A DNA stretch of 64,000 nt from positions 1,104-65,103 of the forward strand of contig SLCC01000066.1 of assembly GCA_007126035.1 (NCBI GenBank). The letters run 5' to 3'. The DNA is from Gemmatimonadota bacterium. GTDB taxonomy: Bacteria > Gemmatimonadota > Gemmatimonadetes > Longimicrobiales > RSA9. Shown one piece after another: positions 38,155 through 48,132 of this stretch. Positions within the stretch are counted from its first letter, which is position 1. Each line of letters begins with the position of its first letter. The translations under genes were made by a program, and so were the position numbers. Below the pieces are notes generated by a model, which was not told the origin of the DNA, did not search any database, and worked only from the letters and a program-made list of their open reading frames with translations.

Positions 38155-39354
38155 TCAGCCGCGCACTGCCTCCCACGCCGCCCGAAGCTGCCGCCGCGCC
38201 GGCTCTGTGAGCTCGATGCCCCGCCGGGCCATGACCGTGTTGGCGGTGGCGATGAACCGGTCGAACCCGTAGGCGGTGTCAGGGTCGCCCCAGCTGAAGG
38301 GCGGCACGTACTTGGGCGGCATACCACCGAAGATGTTGGTGCCGGCCTCGATCACGGTGCCGGTATTGATCATTGTGCCGATGGCGGTCTTCACATGATC
38401 GCCCAGGAAGCAGCCGACCTTCGACTTGCCCGTGTCCACCTCGCCGTCGGGCGTCCAGACCCGGACGGGACCGTAGTTGTTCTTGAGGTCGCTGTTGGTG
38501 GTGAGGGCACCCAGGTTGACCCACATGCCCACGTAGGCGTGGCCCAGGAAGCCGTCGTGGGCCTTGTTGGAGTAGCCCAGCACCACCGTCTCCTCCATCT
38601 CCCCGTGGACCTTGCAGTGCGGGCCGATGGAGACGCTGTGGAAGGGTCCGCCCAGGAGCGACGAGCCGGGGCCGACGTAGGCGGGCCCGACCAGGTAGGT
38701 GAAGGGGCCGACCTGCGCCCCGTCGTCCAGCCGGATCGGCCCGCTGGTCGTGTCCAGAACCACGCCCGGTGCCAGTTTGACGTGGCGGCCCAGTGAGACG
38801 ACGCCGTCGCCCACGCGGTAGACCGTGTCGGGGAGCGGGTCATCGCCCACGGCCGCCAGGTCCCGGGCCGTACGCTCGGCGTTGCCGCTCATCAGCTCCC
38901 AGGAGCGGCCCAGCAGCTGACCGGACAGCTCGTGCCCGGGCAGGTCGGGGGCGCGGGCGTCCGGCTCCCGGAAGAAGTGCTCGTCCGGCGGCCTGGCACC
39001 GGGCGCGAGTCGTATGCCCACCACCCTGCCGTCGGACATCAGCAGCGCTGGAGCCTGTGGCAGGTCGGCCGGGTCAGCGGCGAACCGGGACAGCAGGAAC
39101 ACGGCGCCGCCCTCGAACCCTTCGGGCTGAGCGAGCCGGGCCATGGACAGGACCGGCGGGGCCCAGGCCTCGTCGAAGTCTTCCAGGACCGGATCCGCCA
39201 CGTGGCCCACGCACTCGAGGCCCAGGGAGCGCTCGGCGCGGCGGCGCAGCGTCCGGGTGCCGAACAGCAACTCGCCTGCCGGCCGGGTCAGGATGAACGG
39301 GCGCCAGCGGCGGGCGACGTCGTCGTCGAACAGGACCAGGGCAGGGCGGGTCAT
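38155..39354 (-). CDS. GlmU-like putative sugar-phosphate nucleotidyltransferase with left-handed beta-helix (hexapeptide) domain
   Basis: Start trimmed to ATG 39354 (ATGA overlap with the upstream gene stop; MTRPALVLFDDD...). C-terminal hexapeptide-type repeats (IGPHCKVHGEMEETVVLGYSNKAHDGFLGHAYVGMWVNLGALTTNSD). Confidence 0.7.
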   Translation of the reverse strand: MTRPALVLFDDDVARRWRPFILTRPAGELLFGTRTLRRRAERSLGLECVGHVADPVLEDFDEAWAPPVLSMARLAQPEGFEGGAVFLLSRFAADPADLPQAPALLMSDGRVVGIRLAPGARPPDEHFFREPDARAPDLPGHELSGQLLGRSWELMSGNAERTARDLAAVGDDPLPDTVYRVGDGVVSLGRHVKLAPGVVLDTTSGPIRLDDGAQVGPFTYLVGPAYVGPGSSLLGGPFHSVSIGPHCKVHGEMEETVVLGYSNKAHDGFLGHAYVGMWVNLGALTTNSDLKNNYGPVRVWTPDGEVDTGKSKVGCFLGDHVKTAIGTMINTGTVIEAGTNIFGGMPPKYVPPFSWGDPDTAYGFDRFIATANTVMARRGIELTEPARRQLRAAWEAVRG

Positions 39355-40427
39355 CCGTCCACCTCCCTTACGCCGGCGGGCAGCGCGTCCAGCAGCGTCT
39401 TGAGGTCGGCCGCCCGCTGCCGGGGCAGCACCAGGGTCACGCTTTGGACCCGGACCACGACCAGGTCCTCGGCGCCGAAGACCACCACCGGCTCGTCCGC
39501 CTCGTTCCAGACCACGCAGCCACTGCTCTCCACCAGCTCCGCCACTCCCTGGACCACGTTCCCGGCGGCGTCGGTCGGCCGGGATCGGGCGACGGCGTCC
39601 CACGTACCCACGTCGTCCCAGTCGAACGTGGCGTCCATCACGCCCACCCGCTGGCTCCGTTCCAGCACGGCATGGTCGATGGAGAGGGTGGGCGCCACGG
39701 CGAAATACTCCTTCACGTCGCCGGCGTCCAGCAGGGGCAGGAGCCCCGCCAGCTCGGGTGCCACGGCCAGCACCTCGTCCAGCAGCCGCACCGCCCGCCA
39801 GACGAAGATCCCCGAGTTCCACAGGTAGTCGCCCGACTCCAGGTAACTGCGAGCCGTGTCCCGGTCCGGCTTCTCGATGAACGCGGCCACGGCGTGGGCC
39901 CCCGACCGGTCCAGGGCGGGACCCTTCCGGATGTAGCCGTAGCCAGTCTCCGCACGGGTGGGGCGGACTCCGATGGTGAAGAGCCGGTCGTGGGTGTCGG
40001 CGGCCAGCGCCGCCGCCGCCACCAGCTCCCGGAAGGCGGCGTCCGGCTGGATCACGTGGTCCGCGTGCAGCGAGACCATGATGGCATCAGGGTCGGCCTT
40101 CACCAGGTGGTGGGCGGCCCAGAGCAGGACCGGGGCGGTGCCCCTGGCATGTGGCTCCACCAGGAAATGGGACTCGTCCAGGTCGTCCGCCGCGCGACCG
40201 ATGGGCTCCACATAGGGCTCGCCGGTCAGGACCCGGACCCGGTCCAAGGGGATCAGCGGACGGATCCGCTCGATGGTGTCGGCGATCAGAGGACGGTCAC
40301 TGGCCAGCGGCAGGATCTGCTTCGGGCGAGAAGGCGTGGAGACCGGCCAGAACCGGGAGCCCACGCCACCGGCCAGTACCACGGCCCAGGTGCGGTCAGC
40401 GGTCGAAGATTTCGTCGATGCGGGCAA
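39351..40427 (-). CDS. Mannose-1-phosphate guanylyltransferase
   Basis: WAVVLAGGVGSRFWPVSTPSRPKQ nucleotide-binding loop. AADTHDRLFTIGVRPTRAETGYGYI. 358 aa, with no isomerase domain. Confidence 0.85.
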   Translation of the reverse strand: MPASTKSSTADRTWAVVLAGGVGSRFWPVSTPSRPKQILPLASDRPLIADTIERIRPLIPLDRVRVLTGEPYVEPIGRAADDLDESHFLVEPHARGTAPVLLWAAHHLVKADPDAIMVSLHADHVIQPDAAFRELVAAAALAADTHDRLFTIGVRPTRAETGYGYIRKGPALDRSGAHAVAAFIEKPDRDTARSYLESGDYLWNSGIFVWRAVRLLDEVLAVAPELAGLLPLLDAGDVKEYFAVAPTLSIDHAVLERSQRVGVMDATFDWDDVGTWDAVARSRPTDAAGNVVQGVAELVESSGCVVWNEADEPVVVFGAEDLVVVRVQSVTLVLPRQRAADLKTLLDALPAGVREVDG

Positions 40428-40788
40428 GGAGCTTCTTGGGGCTGAAAGGTTTGGTCAGAAAGTCGGTCGCGCCGTACTCCGCCGCCAGCTCCCGGTCCGC
40501 CTCCTGGCCCTTGGCGGTGAGCATGATGACCGGCGTGCCACTCCGGTGCGGGAGCTGGCGCAATTCGGCCAGCACGTCCAGGCCGCTGGCGTGGGGCATC
40601 ATTATGTCCAGGAGGACCAGGTCAATCGAGTCCTGCCCCCGCAATCGGTCCAGGGCCTCCCGACCGTCGTGGGCCAGCTCCACACGATAGGGCCCGTTCT
40701 CGAGCTTCATCTGGATGATCCGCCCGATGTACGGCTCGTCGTCCGCCACCAGTACGGTCTTACGAGCGGGGTCGGTCGCGGCAGTCAT
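40396..40788 (-). CDS. Stand-alone response regulator receiver (CheY-like)
   Basis: Start trimmed to ATG 40788 (MTAATDPARKTVLVADDEPY). Phospho-acceptor context LVLLDIMMP. ...IMLTAKG...TKPF. 130 aa. The 3' end overlaps the upstream gene start by 32 nt. Confidence 0.85.
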   Translation of the reverse strand: MTAATDPARKTVLVADDEPYIGRIIQMKLENGPYRVELAHDGREALDRLRGQDSIDLVLLDIMMPHASGLDVLAELRQLPHRSGTPVIMLTAKGQEADRELAAEYGATDFLTKPFSPKKLLARIDEIFDR

Positions 40789-40986
40789 TGGCAGGTCGGG
40801 AGTAAGGTGAACGGCCTGTGGCCAGCGGGTTGCCAGAATCGTGCCGAGCATGCGGTCGGGACCTTGCGAGGCTCGCGCGGGTACGGAGCGCAAACATGTA
40901 ATCAGCGCAGGCAGCAGTGTCAAGACGGAAGGCCGCGCCGCCGCTTGACATCCGCGTGCTGCGCGGTGTACCCTTCGCGTCCTGAT

Positions 40987-41556
40987 ATGAAGCGATTTGT
41001 CCGTAGACCGAAGCGCCTGCTCGTCGGGCTGCTCCTCCTCGCCGCCACGGCACCGCAGCTGGCGTGCGACGCGTTCGAGCCCACCTGGTTCGCCGTCCAG
41101 GACCTGGTGCTCCTGCACTCGCTGGCCCGTCCCGAATTCATCGGGATGCCGGCGGCATACGACTTCGTCGGGCAGCAGGCGGTGATCGTCGAGCGGCCCA
41201 AGACCCGCGAACCGTTCGACTTCGATGTGGCCGTAACGGAGATCCAGGGCGAGTTCCACGCCATGCCCGCGGGGATGTTCGAATGGTTCGACATCCGACC
41301 GGGGATCGCCGTGGACTCCAGCGGCATCAACTTCGAGGACATGATCCAGGCACCGAGGGACGGATACGTGACCGAGGAGACCGTACCTTTACGGAAGGGT
41401 TGGGTCTACGCCGTCCGGAGCCGACGCGACTTCCGGGGCTGCAACATGTTCGGCAAGTTCGAGGTGCTGGATCTGGACCCGGCCGGCATAGTGGAGATCC
41501 GCGCCATCCGGAACCCGCTGTGCAACGACCGTAACCTGGTACCACCCGACCCCTGA
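40987..41556 (+). CDS. Hypothetical lipoprotein
   Basis: ATG 40987. Signal and lipobox MKRFVRRPKRLLVGLLLLAATAPQLAC. No recognisable family. Ends 1 nt before serS. Confidence 0.55.
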   Translation: MKRFVRRPKRLLVGLLLLAATAPQLACDAFEPTWFAVQDLVLLHSLARPEFIGMPAAYDFVGQQAVIVERPKTREPFDFDVAVTEIQGEFHAMPAGMFEWFDIRPGIAVDSSGINFEDMIQAPRDGYVTEETVPLRKGWVYAVRSRRDFRGCNMFGKFEVLDLDPAGIVEIRAIRNPLCNDRNLVPPDP

Positions 41557-41557
41557 C

Positions 41558-42835
41558 ATGCTCGATATCCGGCGGATTCGCGAGGAGCCGGACCAGATCC
41601 GGGCACGGCTGGCCGTGCGCGGCAATCCGGCATTGATACCGGCCATCGATCGGGTGGTCGAGCTGGACGAGCAACGGCGCGGCCTGGTCGCGGAGGTCGA
41701 TGACCTGCGTGCCCGACGCAACGAGGTCTCGCCCAGGGTCGGTGAGCTGAAGCGTGAGGGCCGGGACGACGAGGCCGCAGGTATCATCCTCCAGATGCGC
41801 GAGCTGGGGGACAGGCTCCAGGAGCGCGAATCGGCCCTCACGGCCGTTGAGGCGGAGCTCGAGACAGCGTTACAGGAGCTGCCCAACACGCCGGCGGAGG
41901 ACGTACCGGCCGGTGGGGAGGACGACGCGGTCCTGGTGCGGGAGTGGGGGGAGGAGCCTCCGTCGGCGCAGCGTCGTCCCCACTGGGAGCTGGGCGAGGC
42001 GTTGGGCATCCTGGACCTGCCCAGGGGCGCCCGGATCACGGGCAGCGGATTCCCTGTCTACAAGGGCCTGGGCGCCCGGCTGGAGCGGGCGCTGGTCAAC
42101 TTCATGGTGGACCTCCACAGCGACCACCACGGCTACACCGAGATATGGCCCCCGCTCCTGGTGAACAGCGCGTCCGCGTACGGCACCGGTCACCTGCCCA
42201 AGTTCGGCGATGACATGTACCACGCCGTGGAGGACGACCTCTACCTGGTCCCCACCGCCGAGCTCCCGCTGACGAACCTCCACGCTGGCGAGATCCTGGG
42301 GCCCGAGGACCTGCCGATCCGCTACACCGCGTACACACCCTGCTTCCGGCGCGAGGCGGGCGCCCATGGCAAGGATACGCGTGGGCTGCTGCGGTTGCAC
42401 CAGTTCGACAAGGTGGAGGTGATGCGGTTCGAGCGGCCCGAGGCCAGCGACGCGGCCCTCGACGAGATGACCGGCCATGCCGAGGCGGTGCTCCAGGCCC
42501 TGGGGCTCCGCTACCGGGTCCTGCTCCTGGCAGGTGGGGACCTGGGCTTCGCCAATGCCCGGACCTATGACCTGGAAGCCTGGGCCCCAGCGGTGGGCCG
42601 GTGGCTCGAGGTCTCCAGCTGCTCCACGTACTTCGACTACCAGGCCCGGCGCGCCAACATACGGTATCGGCCGGAGCCACGGGCCAAGCCGGAGTACGTG
42701 CACACACTGAACGGCTCCGGGCTCGGCATCGCCCGCACGCTGGTAGCGTTGCTCGAGACGTACCAGCGACCCGATGGTAGCGTCCAGGTGCCCGAGGTCC
42801 TGGCCGACTACGTCGGTACCGACCGCATCCGGTGA
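41558..42835 (+). CDS. serS: Seryl-tRNA synthetase
   Basis: MLDIRRIREEPDQIRARLA... coiled-coil arm. Class II motifs FRREAGAHGKDTRGLLRLHQFDKVE and LNGSGLGIARTLVALLE. Confidence 0.95.
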   Translation: MLDIRRIREEPDQIRARLAVRGNPALIPAIDRVVELDEQRRGLVAEVDDLRARRNEVSPRVGELKREGRDDEAAGIILQMRELGDRLQERESALTAVEAELETALQELPNTPAEDVPAGGEDDAVLVREWGEEPPSAQRRPHWELGEALGILDLPRGARITGSGFPVYKGLGARLERALVNFMVDLHSDHHGYTEIWPPLLVNSASAYGTGHLPKFGDDMYHAVEDDLYLVPTAELPLTNLHAGEILGPEDLPIRYTAYTPCFRREAGAHGKDTRGLLRLHQFDKVEVMRFERPEASDAALDEMTGHAEAVLQALGLRYRVLLLAGGDLGFANARTYDLEAWAPAVGRWLEVSSCSTYFDYQARRANIRYRPEPRAKPEYVHTLNGSGLGIARTLVALLETYQRPDGSVQVPEVLADYVGTDRIR

Positions 42836-44044
42836 GTGGCGGGTGTGGCCATGCGCGCCCGCTTCTGGCCCGTGTGGTTGGCCCTTCTGGCCATCGCCGT
42901 CCTCGGATCTTATCTGCTCTATACAGAGCACCTGGTGAGGGAGCTCCGGACGGAGGCGGAAGTCCACCAGCGCATGTACGCCCTGGTCCAGCGTGGCCTG
43001 CTGTCCACCGAGCCCGGGGCGGAGTTGCAGGCGTTGACGGACCTGCAAGCGGAGTTGACCCGTCTGGGCGTGCCCATGGTGGCACTGAACGCTGACGGCG
43101 TCCCGTACGCCGCCGCCAACCTACCCTTCGAAGCGGACCTGGCCGTGGAGCGTGATCGCCAGCGGGTGCTCCGCTACGCCCAGGAGCTTGGCCAGAGGAG
43201 CCCGGTCATCGTGGAGGAGGAGGTGGGCGCAATCCACTTCGGCTTACCGCCCGTCATCGCCCGGCTCCGTTGGGCGGCCACCTTGCAGATAGCGGGCGCG
43301 CTGCTCCTGATCCTGGTCGGCTACGTGGTGGTCCGGGGCACGTTGCGGGCGGAGCGGGAGCGGATGTGGAGCGCCATGGCCAGGGAGCTGGCTCACCAGA
43401 TGGGTACGCCCCTCAGCTCGTTGCAAGGCTGGCACGAGGTTTTGCGTCTACCGGCCCAGGACCGGGCGGAGCTGGTATCGGACCGGCGGCTGGCCCGGGA
43501 GGTAGGCGCGGATGTGGACCGGCTCGAGCGGGTGTCACGCCGCTTCGAGATGATCGGCAAGCCGTCGCCCCTGTCGCCCGTCAGGCCCGAAGCGGTGATG
43601 CGCGAGCTCGAGGAGTACCTGAGGCCTCGCCTGCCCAGGGAGAAGCCGGGGGTGGAGCTGCGCGTGCGGGTCTCCGATGGGCTGCCCGACTTGAGAGCGA
43701 ACCAGGTCCTGCTGGTCTGGGCGCTGGAGAACTGTGTCAAGAATTCGCTGGACGCGCTGGCGGGACGTGGCGGCAGGATCCGGCTGGCGGCGCTGCCGGA
43801 TGTCAGGGGCGTATGCTTCGTAGTAACCGACGACGGGCCGGGCGTGGCCAGCAAGATAAGGGACCGGCTGTTCGAGCCGGGCGTGACCACGAAGGCCGGG
43901 GGCTGGGGCGTAGGCCTGTCCCTGGCGCGACGGATCGTCAAGGACGTGCATGGCGGCTCCATCGAGAGCCGCCGCCGCCCTGGCGGGGGCGCCAGGTTCG
44001 CACTGCGGATCCCGGTGGAGACAGGTGACCACGAACATGGCTGA
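42836..44044 (+). CDS. Sensor histidine kinase (two TM, HisKA-like, HATPase)
   Basis: GTG directly after the serS stop (alternative ATG 42851). H-box ARELAHQMGTPLSSL. ATPase boxes LENCVKNSLDA, TDDGPGV, GWGVGLSLARRIV. Confidence 0.8.
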   Translation: MAGVAMRARFWPVWLALLAIAVLGSYLLYTEHLVRELRTEAEVHQRMYALVQRGLLSTEPGAELQALTDLQAELTRLGVPMVALNADGVPYAAANLPFEADLAVERDRQRVLRYAQELGQRSPVIVEEEVGAIHFGLPPVIARLRWAATLQIAGALLLILVGYVVVRGTLRAERERMWSAMARELAHQMGTPLSSLQGWHEVLRLPAQDRAELVSDRRLAREVGADVDRLERVSRRFEMIGKPSPLSPVRPEAVMRELEEYLRPRLPREKPGVELRVRVSDGLPDLRANQVLLVWALENCVKNSLDALAGRGGRIRLAALPDVRGVCFVVTDDGPGVASKIRDRLFEPGVTTKAGGWGVGLSLARRIVKDVHGGSIESRRRPGGGARFALRIPVETGDHEHG

Positions 44045-46319
44045 GCTGGTGACGGACCTGCTGGCGTCACTGAACCCGGAGCAACGGGACGCGGTGGAGC
44101 ATTTCGAGGGCCCCCTGCTGGTCCTGGCCGGCGCCGGCTCCGGCAAGACCCGGGTCCTGACCACCCGGATCGCGCACCTGATCCACGAGTTCGGCGTCGA
44201 CCCCGGCTCGATCCTCGCCGTGACGTTCACGAACAAGGCCGCAGGCGAGATGCGTCATCGCGTCAGGTCGCTGCTGGGCCGGGAGCCGGCTGGCATGTGG
44301 ATCGGGACGTTCCATTCCATCGGCGCCAGGCTGCTCCGCCGGCACGCGCACCTGGTGGGCTGGTCGCCGAGCTTCACCATCTACGATGCCGACGCATCGC
44401 TGGCGGGTATCCGGCGAACCATGGAGCGGTTGGGCATCTCAGAGAAGCGGTGGCACCCGAAGTCCGTGCGCGCCGCCATCTCCGACGCGAAGAATCTGCT
44501 GGTGGACCCGTCCACCTACGAGGAGATGGCCCACGACGTGTTCTCCCGCACCGTGGCCAAGGTCTATACCCCGTACCAGGCCTCGCTCCGTGAGCAGAAC
44601 GCCTTCGACTTCGATGATCTGCTGGTGAAGCCGGTCGAGCTGTTGCGGGCACACGACCAGCTCCTGGCCAGCTATCGGCGCCGGTTCCAGTTCGTGCTGG
44701 TGGACGAGTACCAGGATACGAACCATGCCCAGGACGCGTTCGTGGAGCTGCTGGCCCGGGAGCACGGAAACCTCATGGTGGTGGGAGACGACGACCAGTC
44801 CATCTACGGATGGCGGGGCGCCGATGTGAGCAATATCCTGGAGTTCGACCACCGCTTCCCCGGGACCAGGCTGATCCGCCTCGAGCAGAACTACCGGTCC
44901 AGCCGCCGGATACTGGAAGCCGCCAACGCCGTCATCGCCGAGAACGTGCGCCGCAAGGGCAAGACGCTGCGGACCGAGTCCGATGACGGCGAGCGGCTCA
45001 CCCTGGTGGAGACAGCCGACGAACGGGATGAGGCTGACTGGATCACCAGCGAGATCGAGCTCCGCCTCAGCCACGACCCGGAGCTGGCGCCCCGGGAGTT
45101 CGTCCTGCTCTACCGCACCAACGCCCAGTCCCGTGAGCTGGAACGGGCGCTGGTGGAGCGGGGGCTGCCCTACCGGATCGTGGGCGGGACCCGGTTCTAC
45201 GAGCGGCGCGAGATCATGGACGTGCTGGCATACCTGCGCCTGATCTCGAACCCGCTGGATGCCCAGGCATTCGACCGGATCGTGAACTACCCGCGGCGGG
45301 GTATCGGCGACGTCGCGCAGCAGCGGCTCCGGGACTGGGCCACCGACCAGGGGCTCTCACTGCTCGATGCGGCCAGGCGCGGCCGACAGATACCTGCCAT
45401 GACCGGCGCGGCAGGTGCTGCGCTGGAGCGGTTCGCCGCCAGCATCGACGGGTTCCGCGCCCGGGCGGCGGAGCAGGAGGCGGGGCAACTGCTCGAGCAG
45501 CTGGTGGCGGACGTGGGTATCCTGGTGGCCCTGGCCGAGGAAGGCCCGGAGGCGGAGGACCGTGTCGAGAACGTGCGGGAGCTGGTGGCCGGGGCGTACC
45601 AGTTCGACGACCGGCTGCCCGAGCTGCGGGAGCTCGAGGACCTGCCGGCGGACGCCTCGCCCCTGGATCTGTTCCTCCAGGAGATCTCCCTCATCACCGA
45701 CATCGACCGGCACGACCCGGCAGCCAACGCCGTCACCCTCATGACCCTCCACACGGCGAAGGGGCTGGAGTTCCCCATCGTGTTCATCGCCGGCCTCGAG
45801 GACGGGCTCTTCCCGTTGGCCCGTGCGTACGACGAGCCGGAGGCCCTGGAGGAGGAGCGAAGGCTGTTCTACGTGGGAATAACGCGGGCCGAGCAGAAGG
45901 TCTACCTGACCCACGCCCGTGCCCGCCGCAGGATGGGGGAGCGCATAGACTGCATCCCGTCCAGCTTCCTGGAGCCGATCCCCCACCAGTTGCTGGAGCG
46001 GCGTCAGACGACCCAGCTCGAGCGGCAGAGCCGTGCCTTCGACTGGTGGGACGGGCGCCGGCCGACCAGGCGGCGATCGGTGCGCCGGGAGACGGATCCA
46101 GTGGCCAGCTCGGAGGACGGGTTCCTGGTGGATTACAGCGACAGCCAGGACCCGCCCCGTCTGGTCAAGGGTGAGCGGGTCCGCCACCCGGCGTTCGGCC
46201 CTGGCACGATCCGGGAGCTGTCCGGGTTCGGAACGGACCTGAAGGCGGTGATCGAGTTCGACCAGGTCGGGCGGAAGAAGGTGAAGGTCCGTTACGCGAA
46301 CCTCCAGAAGGAGTATTGA
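44037..46319 (+). CDS. UvrD/PcrA/Rep-family ATP-dependent DNA helicase
   Basis: Start trimmed to ATG 44037 (ATGGCTGA overlap with the kinase stop). Motifs AGAGSGKT, VDEYQDTN, YRSSRRIL, TLHTAKGLEF, and a C-terminal Tudor-like tail GERVRHPAFGPGTI. Confidence 0.9.
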   Translation: MAELVTDLLASLNPEQRDAVEHFEGPLLVLAGAGSGKTRVLTTRIAHLIHEFGVDPGSILAVTFTNKAAGEMRHRVRSLLGREPAGMWIGTFHSIGARLLRRHAHLVGWSPSFTIYDADASLAGIRRTMERLGISEKRWHPKSVRAAISDAKNLLVDPSTYEEMAHDVFSRTVAKVYTPYQASLREQNAFDFDDLLVKPVELLRAHDQLLASYRRRFQFVLVDEYQDTNHAQDAFVELLAREHGNLMVVGDDDQSIYGWRGADVSNILEFDHRFPGTRLIRLEQNYRSSRRILEAANAVIAENVRRKGKTLRTESDDGERLTLVETADERDEADWITSEIELRLSHDPELAPREFVLLYRTNAQSRELERALVERGLPYRIVGGTRFYERREIMDVLAYLRLISNPLDAQAFDRIVNYPRRGIGDVAQQRLRDWATDQGLSLLDAARRGRQIPAMTGAAGAALERFAASIDGFRARAAEQEAGQLLEQLVADVGILVALAEEGPEAEDRVENVRELVAGAYQFDDRLPELRELEDLPADASPLDLFLQEISLITDIDRHDPAANAVTLMTLHTAKGLEFPIVFIAGLEDGLFPLARAYDEPEALEEERRLFYVGITRAEQKVYLTHARARRRMGERIDCIPSSFLEPIPHQLLERRQTTQLERQSRAFDWWDGRRPTRRRSVRRETDPVASSEDGFLVDYSDSQDPPRLVKGERVRHPAFGPGTIRELSGFGTDLKAVIEFDQVGRKKVKVRYANLQKEY

Positions 46320-46654
46320 CGGTGAAGGTGGAGAAGGAGGACGTCCGTCGCACGGCTGAGCTGGCGCGGCTGACCCTGAGCGACGACGAGCTGAGCCTCC
46401 TGGCGGAGCAGCTGAGCACCATCCTCGAGCACATGGACGCGCTGGCGACGGCGCCGGCGGAGGATCCCGGCGCCGACGATCAGCCCCAGCAACAGGCGCC
46501 GGTCCGGCCCGACGTACCCGGAGCCGATCAGCTGGTGGTGTCGCCCGAAGTGATGGCGCCGGCCTGGGCCGACGACTTCTTCACCGTGCCCAGGATGGCC
46601 TCGCACGACGACCAGGACGGGGGGCGGGACGTGGACGGTGAGGCGCCGGGATGA
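46316..46654 (+). CDS. gatC: Asp/Glu-tRNA amidotransferase subunit C
   Basis: VRRTAELARLTLSDDELSLLAEQLSTILEHMDAL. The start is TTG 46316 or GTG 46322. About 20 residues of acidic C-terminal extension. Confidence 0.8.
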   Translation: MTVKVEKEDVRRTAELARLTLSDDELSLLAEQLSTILEHMDALATAPAEDPGADDQPQQQAPVRPDVPGADQLVVSPEVMAPAWADDFFTVPRMASHDDQDGGRDVDGEAPG

Positions 46655-48132
46655 CCGAGCACACCCGGGCCGGCGTACGACGCCTGACGGAAGAGGTGGG
46701 GACGGGCGCTCTGGACCCGGTGCGGCTGGCCGAGGCCGTGTCCGCAGCCATCGCCGCCAAGGATTCTGGCCCCAGTGGCCTGCGCGCGTTCCTGAGCCAC
46801 GATCCGGCGAAGCTCGCGGACCGGGCAGGATCACTGGCCCAGGAGCTGGACGAGGCGCGCCGGGCCGGCCGACCGGTGCCGGCCCTCAGTGGGGTGCCGG
46901 TGGCTGTAAAGGACAACCTCTGCACCCTGGACCACCCCACCACCTGCGGCTCCCGGATGCTGGAAGGTTTCCGGTCACCGTACGAAGCCACGGCGGTGCG
47001 CAGACTCCGTGCGGCGGGCGCCCTGGTCGTTGGGAAGACGAACATGGACGAGTTCGGGATGGGCTCGACCACCGAACAGTCGGCGTTCGGCCCGACCCGC
47101 AACCCTCACGCACCCGATCGGGTGCCGGGCGGCTCCTCGGGAGGCTCGGCGGCGGCGGTGGCGGCGGGTATGGTCACTGCGGCGCTGGGCTCGGACACCG
47201 GCGGCTCGGTCCGCCAGCCCGCCGCCCTCTGCGGCGTGGTGGGCATCAAGCCGACCTATGGGGGCGTGAGCCGGTACGGCCTGGTGGCCTACGCCTCGTC
47301 CCTGGACCAGGTGGGCACCTTCGGCCGGACTGTCGATGACGCGGCCAGCGTGCTCCAGGTCATCATGGGACCGGATCCCCGCGACGCCACCTGCGCCGGC
47401 CACCCACCGGCGAACCTCTTCGCAGCGGTCGACCGCGGCGCCGACGGACTGGTGGTGGGTGTGCCTGAAGAATACTTCCCCGAGGACATGGAGCCGGGCA
47501 TCCGTCGGCTCGCCGCCGCCGCCATCGAAGGGCTGGCACGGGAGGGCGCGGAGGTACGGCTGATGTCCCTGCCGCACCACCGCTTCGCCATTCCCACCTA
47601 CTACGTCCTGGCGCCCGCCGAGGCCTCCGCGAACCTGGCCCGCTACGATGGCGTCCGCTACGGGACCCGGACCGATGCGCCCGACGCGGACTGTACTTAC
47701 TCCCGCACCCGATCGGCCGGGTTCGGCACCGAGGTCAAGCGCAGGATCTTGCTGGGGACGTACGTCCTCTCCGCAGGCTACCAGGACCGCTACTACGGCC
47801 AGGCCCAGCGGGTCCGGCACCTGATCGCCGCCGACTTCCAGACAGCCTTCGATAGCGGTGTTGATGTTATCTTCACGCCCACCACCCCCGACGTGGCATC
47901 ACCTCTCGGCTACCGGAGCCCGGATCCGTACCGCAGGTACCAGGGTGATGCCTTCACCGTTGCCGCCAACCTGGCGGGCATACCCGGCGCATCGGTGCCC
48001 ATCGGCACGAGTCAGGGGCTGCCGGTGGGCGGTCAGCTCCTGGCGGCACGATGGCAGGAGCCGCGCCTGATAAGGGCCGCCGCCGCCCTGGAACGCGTGG
48101 CCGGGACCCCAGCCACGTCGATGGGGCGATGA
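46651..48132 (+). CDS. gatA: Asp/Glu-tRNA amidotransferase subunit A
   Basis: Amidase signature [14 protein letters not shown]...[19 protein letters not shown]. Confidence 0.95.
   Translation: MTEHTRAGVRRLTEEVGTGALDPVRLAEAVSAAIAAKDSGPSGLRAFLSHDPAKLADRAGSLAQELDEARRAGRPVPALSGVPVAVKDNLCTLDHPTTCGSRMLEGFRSPYEATAVRRLRAAGALVVGKTNMDEFGMGSTTEQSAFGPTRNPHAPDRVPGGSSGGSAAAVAAGMVTAALGSDTGGSVRQPAALCGVVGIKPTYGGVSRYGLVAYASSLDQVGTFGRTVDDAASVLQVIMGPDPRDATCAGHPPANLFAAVDRGADGLVVGVPEEYFPEDMEPGIRRLAAAAIEGLAREGAEVRLMSLPHHRFAIPTYYVLAPAEASANLARYDGVRYGTRTDAPDADCTYSRTRSAGFGTEVKRRILLGTYVLSAGYQDRYYGQAQRVRHLIAADFQTAFDSGVDVIFTPTTPDVASPLGYRSPDPYRRYQGDAFTVAANLAGIPGASVPIGTSQGLPVGGQLLAARWQEPRLIRAAAALERVAGTPATSMGR

Noticed and set aside
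39355-39822. N-terminal extensions offered by the ORF track. Examples: 38155-39822, 40396-41259, 43950-, 34162-, 33692-, 29652-, 24178-, 21256-, 18616-, 13030-, 7254-
   Set aside because: The extensions overlap the preceding gene or are Arg/Pro-rich without homology. Downstream ATG/GTG codons coincide with conserved protein N-termini, SD-like sequences or ATGA/GTGA coupling, so I trimmed the starts.
43430-43446. Sigma-54 -24/-12-like motifs (TGGCACGAGGTTTTGCG here; also GGCACCAGTTTGTT near 12818 and TGGCACCGGCGGCGA on the minus strand near 12760)
   Set aside because: The GG-to-GC spacing is off by 1-2 nt relative to the strict TGGCAC-N5-TTGC geometry. The best match is inside a kinase CDS.
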